DNA from: Atractiella rhizophila
Lineage: Eukaryota
Direction of reading: 5' to 3'
NCBI GenBank assembly: GCA_021432655.1
Contig: MU271493.1
Span: forward strand, 1 to 53,265
DNA length: 53,265 nucleotides
The translations under genes and the position numbers were made by a program. Below the pieces are notes generated by a model, which saw only the letters and a program-made list of their open reading frames with translations, searched no databases and had not been told where the DNA came from. This document shows, in pieces, positions 36,761 to 45,958 of this stretch; within the stretch, counting starts at the first letter, position 1, and each line of letters begins with the position of its first letter.

Positions 36761-37045
36761 ATGAACCCCCTTCAATACGCTCTCCATCCTGTCGAAGTCC
36801 CAGTCGACTCCAACCCTGCTAACGGCGGTGGATCTGCTGGAGGAGGAGGTTGTGAAATCGCAAAGAACGGTGGCGGTAGCGCTGGCGGCGGAGGTTGCAC
36901 CATCACCAAGAACGGTGGAGGTAGCGCTGGCGGTGGAGGCTGCACCATCGCTAAGAACGGTGGTGGAAGCGCTGGTGGAGGAGGATGTGTTATCGCCAAG
37001 AACGGTGGTGGAAGCGCTGGCGGTGGAGGCTGCATCGTCGCTTAA
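36761..37045 (+). CDS. Lipopeptide mating pheromone precursor, copy 4
   Basis: Identical 94-aa ORF; equals copy 2 shifted by 1992 bp. Confidence 0.9.
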   Translation: MNPLQYALHPVEVPVDSNPANGGGSAGGGGCEIAKNGGGSAGGGGCTITKNGGGSAGGGGCTIAKNGGGSAGGGGCVIAKNGGGSAGGGGCIVA

Positions 37046-37578
37046 TGGTTTGTCTTCTTTCCTGGACTCCGACTGAAACTAAACTCCGCTATCAGACATG
37101 CACTCATTCAAACGAAAAAGCCACCCAAAATTTACAACTCTATTCGCATGCTCGACTCTTCCTCACATCCGGTCGTGCTTCAATTTCCTCGTTCCCACGT
37201 CTTAATTCTTATTACTTCGCCTGTCGCTTTCTGCTTTCAAGTCATCGAAGTTCAAGAGTCCGACCTACCCTCCTTTCGCATCCCTTCTGCTGTTCTCAAC
37301 AGAATTCATTTTGCGCTCTCGCATTGTGCATCTAGATCTCCCACCTTCGTTCAGACTCCATTTCCTTGTGATCCAATTAAGCGCATTGTTCGGTTTCTAT
37401 GTTCCTCTGTCATGGCACTGTTATAGTCTCTGGTTTTCCCAACTTCGGCTCTTTCGTAGTGTTTGTCTTGCTTCTCGACGTCTGATACTAAATGAATCAT
37501 AACGTCTTTTTTTGTTGCATAAATATCGGCGTGTCCTTGTGGCCTTGCATGTTAGCGAGAGCACAGCATGAATTGCAT

Positions 37579-40374
37579 TCACAAAAGGGTACAATTCGCC
37601 AAAACTTGAGTGACACGCTCTCCCATGACAGAACTCAGAGCCTCTACTTGCAGAAGGGAAGGGCCAGACGTGATCCAGTTCAGGGTAATTGGAAACGGGT
37701 CACCCTTTGCCACTGTTGCGAATCTCGCTAGGATCTTCGACCTTTCCGTTCTTGCATGCGGTTCTAGGTTCCAAACGAGCCTATTGGTCGAAGTGTCCAT
37801 TTCTCCTTCCGGTCTAGCTTGATGCGATGTCACTGAATTTGGTATGAGTGCAGAGATAGAAAGATTATCAAGCGACAGTAGGTTAAGTGGGTATCCAGAA
37901 TTTGGTTCATAAGAAACGATGAGAGAGGTGAGGTGTTCTTCCGTTTTCCAAGCTGTTCTCGCATGTAAGGGGATCGAGATATCCCCTTTGACAGTATAGT
38001 GAAGTAAGGGGAGGCCCCCGAATATAAAACCCGAGTTTTGGAAGCAGCGCTTGTCGATTATGTATCGATTGAGGACTGAAGGATGGGCAGAAACGAGATC
38101 GTTGAGCACACTGATGGTCTCGATGTTGGCTGACGGCACGACGTCGAACTCGACATCAGGAATGGGAGCGCTTTCCGTCTTTTTCGAGTTCGAAGGAGAG
38201 ACGACGATTGTGCCCGAAACCGTAGCAGGTCCAACAACTCCGTTGTGGCTCGTGACACTAATTTCCTCCTGGACTTTCACCACGATTGTCGCAGGCTGCG
38301 AATGTCCATTCACGAGATTGTCGGGGATCGAAGCTGGCGAAGAGCTGAACGGATTCGCCGCAACCTCGTTTTCTGGAACAGGAGGTGGCAGGTGGGACGC
38401 GAATCCGTTAGGATTGAGGGGAAGCGGGGGGACGTCAGGCGAAGGCGCCGGTTTCTCTCCCCTCCTGCCTCTCGTCGTACCTCGCCTCGTGGGGCCAGTC
38501 GCAGAAGTCTTTGAGGAGAGAAGGGTGGATTGAATCCTCTGCAGTGCGGCTTGTCGTTCTGGGTCCTGTTCAGCGGGAGCTGGAGTGGAGACTGGGGCCG
38601 GCGCAATTGATAGAGTCATTTTTGTTGGCGTCCGACCACTACAATCATACATCGTTAGCTCAAACTCAAACAGAGAAGATTGTCAGGTTCGCTGTCAGAA
38701 TTTTAAAACTCTCGGCGCTTATCTTTGACGGGCAAGATTTGGTGCGGAGAAATTAACGAACCTGTCAGAATCCACTTCGACAGGTTGGCCTAAAGGATCA
38801 TCGTGACCTTTTGGAGGAATCGTGAAACCGTCAGCATCGACATTCTATGACGTTACTATCAGCAGAGCTCTACAGTAGATGAAATAACGAACAGCTTGAG
38901 GAGCAATTGTGGATCGCGGTTGCTCTTCCACCAGCACTTCCTCGCTTAAAATAGACCTATCATCTCTGGCTTGATGAAGCGAAGCAGACGGTGGATTGTT
39001 CTCGAAGCTAGCAATGGTGTAGCTCTTACTCTTCCTCCTCATCAAATTGGGGAGGAAGCTGCTCCTCGGTCCTCTCTCCCTACTGGAAGAGGGCATGGAC
39101 AGAGCGCTCGCGCCATCGTCGTCGCTTCGTCGCACAGCATTAGCAGGCTCTGCGTGCCCATGAAGGGAGGACGGAGGAGGCGTCAACGTGTTCTCGAGAT
39201 TGTCATTACTCGGTACGCGGTGCTGGTGGATCGTGTTCCGCCTCGTAGCCGAAGTGTTGGAAGAGGAGCGATCGCGTTTCATCAAGGACGACAAAGCAGA
39301 AAATTTAGGATTGGCGTGCGACTGAGCTTGGGCGTTCGTGCTATGAACAGAAGGCGTCGACGTCCTTGGCCGTTCCGGAAGCATAGGAGATGGAGAAGGT
39401 GGAGCAGCGTTGTTATTTGTGGTATTTGCCCTTGTAGACGGGGCGCGCAATCGCGTACCAAATTCTTGGGCTGCTTTCAATGCCCAGTCGTCCACCTCAG
39501 TCGTGCTTTCGATAGCGAGCGCATCCACCATCCCTCTCTCCGAAACCTCCATCCGTTCGCGTCCCATGTCATTCTGAATGGTTTGGTAGAGTGTAATGGA
39601 TTCCTTGACCTGGTCGATGGAACGGCGCCAAATTTGCTCTACGGCGGAGTAGTACGATGGGGAGAGCGAGGAATAGTTTGACAGCACGTTGCTGAGTTCA
39701 GCGCGGATACCGTCTACTTTGGACTGAGCAGCGGCGTAACCTTTAGAAGAGGAGGATGTCCCTTCGAGCTTTTTCTGAGCCTTTTGGAGCCGGTTGGTAC
39801 AGTCCTCGAAGTCTCGAATAATCTTCTCAACGTTGCCTTCCAGCTGCCAATACCATACATGACCGGCCCTCCAATAAAGTCAAAGAGCTCACCAATCGCA
39901 ACCTGTCCCATTCCGGCCCATTACCAAACGCTCTCAAGGGACCAAACACCTCGGCCTCGATCCGCCCTCTGAACTTGTCGTGGACGGACTGAATCGACTG
40001 GACTTCTTGAACACATAAAGAAGCTTTCAAGCTCTGTAAGAAAGGAGGGAGAGGAGGAACTGCGGAGCGCGTGGATGAGTTCTGTCATGCTTGGAACAAT
40101 GGGGAGCGTACGATTCGCAAACTCTTTTGGCAACTTGGATTTTGGAGGAGTCCGGGTGACAAGAGCGTCACAGTAGATTCGTTCGGCGTTCAGACGGTCT
40201 GCTAGCGACTGCAGGACATCGAATGTTAGACGCTATCTTGGAATGGAATAAAGTGGGACAAACCTGTGCGAGATCGTTTGAAATGAAGAACAGCGTTGAA
40301 CGGACGAGTCCTTGAGCCTTTGAGAAAGCCTGAGCGGGGGGAGCTTCAGCGAGAGTTGCCGCGAAGGAAGCCAT
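37579..40374 (-). CDS. SYP1: Muniscin / Syp1-like endocytic adaptor (F-BAR, low-complexity linker, mu-homology domain); multi-exon
   Basis: Helical N-terminus (MASFAATLAEAPPAQAF...VEAEVFGPLRAF, VKESITLYQTIQNDM), S/P-rich middle, ALQRIQSTL..TRGRR, and a beta-rich C-terminus (VKVQEEISV..SGTIVV, WKTEEHLTSLIVSYEPN, QARPEG..LVWNL). Confidence 0.78.
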
Positions 40375-40614
40375 TGAGTATTAGTAGATGTACAGATGTT
40401 ACAGAGAAAGCCAGTTGAGCGAGTGTTGGTCGAAGAACAGGAATGGGAATGGAATGTGGCTCCGCTAGATGATGACGGCAGTTGATGACTTAGCCTCACT
40501 CCAAATCCAGAAAGTTGACCACCGACGCTCCCTTGCAGTCCCACCCCTTTACCCTCTTTTATTCTCTTTATTCCCTGCTTTTGATAGTCTTCCCACAGGG
40601 AATGACATTTCATC

Positions 40615-41614
40615 ATGCTGCTACCGAGAATACCGCAAAACGATGATGCGGCCACAAAGAACCATGTGAGTATCTTGTTTCACAAGGTGGATCGATTTAG
40701 GGGAGTGTCTTCGCTTTCTGGGATATAATTTGTGTCATTTCGCCCAATTGAGATTTCAATGCTCAAATCTCGTCATTCACACAAGCAGGACAGCTTTGAG
40801 CATTACAGTAGTCGCTTTGGCCATTATAGTAGTTGTTGAATTGTTGTGGTGCCTCTTGAATGGAAGTGGTGAATTGCTGAATACGTGCTAACCAGAACGT
40901 CTAGAATACCACAAAGACCACCAGTAGAACCACCACTGGGACGGCGACAAACACCCTCACAATCCCGACTGACAGCGGTAACACACTCACCACCGAGCAA
41001 GCGGGATTGACTATCGTCATTGTGATAAGTCAAGGTCTGCCGACTCTCTCACAACTTGCCCTCATATTGATGATGAACGTGATGGAAAGCCACTCCAAAT
41101 GCTTCAGCTACCTTGAACTCGACTCTCACGACCAATGCGACCACTTCTACTACACTTTCATCCTCAACCAACACTGTGTCGATCACGCCGACTCCGACTC
41201 CTACGCCGCTTCCCGCGGAGGGCCAATTGGGCTCCAAGACCTCCGAAATCTCGGGAGGCGCCATTGCTGGGATCGCCATTGGATCCTTCGTCGCTCTCTT
41301 ACTCCTGTTCGGCTTGTTATTCGCCTTGTTCAAAAGACAGAAGTCCAAGACTAACCGCAGGTCGCAACTTGACAGTGCGTCTTTCTCATTCTAGTTCCTC
41401 AACAGATGAGACAGAATCTGACAAATCGATCGTGATAGTGATGGCTCCATCGAGCTATCCCGATACCTACGGTCCTCAAGGAGGATTCAGCCAGTTCCAC
41501 GACGACGATGATTATGATGACCCTCGTAGTGGCGGCAGCATGATGGGAGGGCGGGAAATGGCAGAGAGGAGATCTCAGAGGAGCGGAAGGAGCTATTTCG
41601 AAGGCGTCTACTGA
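40615..41614 (+). CDS. Thr/Ser-rich single-pass membrane protein (Mid2/Wsc/SKG6-like); 5' exons uncertain
   Basis: Thr-rich ectodomain, TM segment ISGGAIAGIAIGSFVALLLLFGLLFALF followed by KRQKSK, and a short tail ending RSYFEGVY*. Confidence 0.65.
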
Positions 41615-41918
41615 CTGAGCTTTCATTCACACTTGCGAGTTTCTGCACCTCAAAGTGCTTGCACATCACCCCGTGTCGGCACATTTAGATATGTATTTTG
41701 TTGTCATCAGTTGCTCTTACATATTTATCGCGGTTTCGTGATTCTGTCTTGTAATGAGATCTGCTTGTCTTCTTTCAGTATTTTCATTTCCGCCGATTCG
41801 ACCGGACCTAACGGCGTGAATCTCCATGATGCTTCCAATATTGCATGAGCATGAACATAAGGCATATCTTGCACACCAGAGGAAAGATAGAGAAATGACA
41901 TATCTCGTTCCCTCGTAT

Positions 41919-42547
41919 TTAAACCAGATCGGGAAGGTCCTCATCATCATCAGCATCCTTCTCCCTCTCCGCCGCTTTCCCTTTCTTTCCTTTCCCTTTC
42001 CCTGCCTTTGTAGACGCCCTCTTCTCCTTCCTAGACAGTCTCTCGGGGGATAGTTTGGGGGAATTGGCAGCTACCAGCTTGGACGTGCGTGCGAGAGCCG
42101 CCTATTCACAAAGTCAACGAGGACGCGGGGAAGAAATTGAGGGAAATAACGCGCCTTGTAAAGGTCAGGTCGCTCGTAAGAGTCTACAAGCTTAGCGACT
42201 TGTCGGGAAGCGTTGCTAGCTCCTTGCGTGCGCACTTTCTTGGATTGCAATCCGCTGGAGACGGCGGTGGGGGTAGCATCGGTCTTTCTGGTCTTGATCA
42301 CAACTGCGCTTCCATCGTGGGAGAGATGAATTGGCTAAGCAGCTCGAACGTTTCAAACCTACTTCTTGAAGAGGAAGGAGGAACTTACCCTCTTCTCGGA
42401 GATGCCAGAGAACTTCTTCGAGTGCACATTGGCGACGTTTCCGGGCTCCGAGGAAAAGTGTACTCCGTACTTGGTCTTGTGGAGCTTGGAGTTGTGTCCT
42501 CGGACGAGGAGCCAGATGAGATCGGAAGAGACTGCTGAGGAGGTCAT
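41919..42547 (-). CDS. RPL28: 60S ribosomal protein eL28 (L28e); 3 exons
   Basis: MTSSAVSSDLIWLLVRGHNS...FSSEPGNVANVHSKKFSG...YERPDLYK|AALARTSKL...DDDEDLPDLV*. Confidence 0.92.
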
Positions 42548-42926
42548 TTTGGCGTTGGCAAAAGGAAAACAGGGAGCCTCGATTGTCACTGTTTGGACGT
42601 CGTGGCGATAAGAGAAATGCCGAGGTTCGTACCCGCGCACAGGAAAGCTTCCCCAGCCCCAGAGAACCACAAACGACCAACAAATCTCGCAAGGAGATCC
42701 TGAAGAGGATCCTAAGGCTACTTGTTGAGGAAGACAGTAGAAGCTGTTTGGAGGCGTAGAAATTGGACTACGAAGGAGAGAAGCTGTTGGATTGGAAATA
42801 TTAGTTTGGCGATCAAGGGTCAAGGGACCATGAGCAGATTATCGGTAAGACATCCCTCTCTGACATTACAGGATAGCGGTTCAAAAAGCGCCGATAAAGG
42901 GATTTGATTACGACTCCGTGACGGAG

Positions 42927-45586
42927 ATGTACCTCTCTTCCATACCTTCTCCTAGCTCTCCGCACTTCGCCCAATCTCCTTTCAAAGACGACGCGGATGC
43001 CACCCCAACAACCACCACTTTCAGTTTCTCCCCCCTTGCGTCTCCCAATCCCGCGTTTCAGCGCTCCCCATCCGCCGCTGACATCTACGCTTCCTCCTCC
43101 ATGCAGTCTCCAACCTTCGGAAACAATTTCATCCATCCCTTCACCATTGCGCGCTCTACGTCGATTTCTGGCTCTAAGATTCATAAACGCAATGCTTCGA
43201 ACGCATCCAGAGTCTGGATTTCCTCTCGACCTTCGTTGGACCATACCAACATGTCAGGCCTCATGCGATTGAGTATGGATACGGCGGAATTGAAGAGTTT
43301 GGAACAAATTGCCAACCTGCGGATCGAAGATTCACCTCTCACGCCTGCTCTCACGCCTTCCTCTTCCGTATCAGACGCAAAGAAGCGTGGATCTTTCCGC
43401 AACGTCCTCGGATCCCCTTCTAGTCCCTCTCCCAAGCGTGCAAGCTCTGGTTTTGCCAATCTAGCTGCAGCAGCGGATCGACGGAGCAGTATCACCGCTA
43501 GCGCAATGGCGAGACAGAATTCTTTGGTAGGAATGTCGAACGTGAACAGGCGACATAGCCGACAGATGAGCAGAGCGCTCGCTGCTCCTCCTCCTCCAAG
43601 GAGAGCCGTTGGACTCGATCCGAAGGGTGTGCTGGAGAGGATTGCAAATGGCGGACTTAGGGGTCTGATGATTGTTGACGTGCGGCCAGTTGCGACTTAC
43701 ATGGACGATGGCAGGCTTAAAGGCAGCTTGTAAGATCTCATCTTGTTTTGCGCCGTGCTAAGTTGCTGCAGGAACGCGAATTTTCCCACTCTGCTCCTAA
43801 AGCGGTACAGGAGAGGACACCATTCCAGCTTCTCCCTCGAATCTTTTATCACCACGGATGCAGGCCGAGCGACCTTTCACCGCTGTTTGACAGGTTCAAA
43901 ATCAGGCACATTGGGCGACCTGGACGTCCTTGTTGTCGACGACGAGATCTCCGAACTTGAAGTGCGGGGTACCACATCGCTTAATCCCGGCTGTGTTCTT
44001 CTCTCTGTACTTGAGAAATTGTCGAATGATGAGTCGAATCGAAGCACCGGGGAGCTTTACTTCCTCGCTGGCAAATTCTCCGATCTTCAAGCGCTCGACA
44101 GCCAGAAGGCGTTTGTGGTAGCTTCAGAATCCGATGACCCATCGTCTTCTCCTGTAGAAATGCCAACACCGCAACCTTCCTCAGGTTCGAAGCCCACTCC
44201 CCCATCCCTCACGCTCTCACGCCCGTCGATTTCGGAGAATGACCCGCCATCAAACACCCCACGAACCACAGTCCTCCATCCTCCTAACACTCCTCGCGCT
44301 CTTCCAATCCTGAACACCTCCCGTCGTCCCAAGCAGCTCGAGCTCAAACTCGATACCTCTGTGGGAGGTCACAAGCAACGAGCACCTCCTTCAGCACTCC
44401 CTCTGAATACTCCACTGAAGACAAACTTCGGCGCACCACCAAAGACGCCTAGAGCTGCTCCTCCCCCCCTCAAACTGTTGACGACATCTCATGCCCACGA
44501 GCCAAACTCTCATTCTAACCTTGCAACTGGCGCGCCATTGCGCGATCCGTCAGACTATGCCTCGTCTCCTCATCCCGGTGCCGGTCGAGATGCTGATACT
44601 CCAATTTCTCCAGCGCCGTCCACTAATCCAGATGTGACTTTCAGCGTCAGCACCATTATTCCAGGATTTCTCTATCTTGGTCCAGAACCCACGTGCATGC
44701 CCGATGTCAATGTGCTTAAAGATCTGGGTGTAAAGAGAATCCTCAACATGGCACTCGAATGTCCGATATTGCCGCAGGAATGGCGGGATGCGGGAGGGAT
44801 CAAAGAGTATAAGAGGATTGGGATGAAAGATTTTGTGGAGGAAGTCGGCGTACAAGGTCGCATGGATGAAGCTTGTAAGCTCATGGGTGCGTTTTCTCTG
44901 CTCGACATCTCTGTTGAGGCTGATTGACGGTATTGTCGTGATAGACGATGCACAGCTAAGGGATGAGCCGGTTTACGTGCATTGCAAAGCGGGAAGGAGT
45001 AGAAGTGTAACGATGGTGCTTGCATTCCTGATACATCGGTAAGTTGCCATCGAATCTTCCGTTACAGCTGACGATCCTCATTTTGTTTGCGACAGGAATA
45101 ACTGGCCTCTTAAGAAAGCATACGCGCACGTCAGTGAGCGAAGACCTGGCATTTCTCCGAGTCCGTTTCTGTCATTTTGTCTCGCTGAATTCTCTGACCT
45201 CCGCCTTATCAGACATCGGTTTCGTCTCCGAGCTCATGAAATTTGAAGAGCGTACAATTTCGTCGACGCGTCAGACGATCGAGAATGTGGCCTCCACCTA
45301 CCACGCAACTAATCCAGATCTGAAGGCACCAGAGCGTCCACCGTTCAATGCATTCTACTCTGCTCCTCTTCCACGCACCCAGAGGGACAGTATGCCTCCT
45401 CCAGCTAGTTCATCACTTAAACCAGGGCCTGGCTGGAGGGGAGAGATGAGGAAGGGCGATGGAAGCTGGGCTGTAGAGGGACGGGATATGGACCTGCCTC
45501 GACGGTATGTACTCTCTCGTCCACCATTCCCATCTGACACTTGTTGATCTAGTGCAAGTAAAGCTGGTCTGGAGAGTAGTTTTTGA
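42927..45586 (+). CDS. Rhodanese-domain dual-specificity (MAP kinase) phosphatase; multi-exon
   Basis: IVDVRP...RLKGS|NANFPTLLLKRYRR (rhodanese/KIM-like); STIIPGFLYLG, LGVKRILNMALEC; catalytic VHCKAGRSRS (HCX5R); NIGF-like ISP|DIGFVSELMKFE; ends RASKAGLESSF*. Confidence 0.88.
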
Positions 45587-45958
45587 AGGAGCAAGAAAAG
45601 TTAGTTTTAAGCCGTCTGTAATTCTTGCCAAATCCTGGACTCTTTCAGTTTGAATCTGTGCTTTGTCAACGTTCAAGATCCAACATCCAACATGTGCTAT
45701 GTCTACTTCCATTACCAGTCATCTGAATTCTACGATGTTTACCATACAGAGATTCGTGTTGGTCGTGATAACCTGAATGCTGAATGCTCTGCAGAAAGCT
45801 GAAATCGAAAACCATGACTCATTCACAGAGTTCCAACCCATCCTGAACTCTCCTGACCATCTCGTTCTCCCCTCGCCAATGTTAGGAGTTCGAAAATAAG
45901 GAGATTTAATCGAAGCTGTCGCGCAGCTGTTGGAGAAAGAAAACTTGGGTACAGCAGG

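Larger units (their letters stand above)
33877..37860. repeat. Direct tandem duplication of a 1,992-bp unit (33877-35868 / 35869-37860)
   Basis: All internal ORFs recur at +1992. Junction ...GAGATAGA|TTTTGGGTGG at 35868/35869. Differences noticed at 35649/37641 and 35662/37654. Confidence 0.95.

Noticed and set aside
33962..37045. 45-bp repeats as a CRISPR array or a Kex2-processed (KEP/dikaritin) RiPP precursor
   Set aside because: No unique spacers, eukaryotic context, no signal peptide, no KR/RR sites and no tailoring enzymes nearby. CaaX motifs and STE3 linkage explain the repeats.
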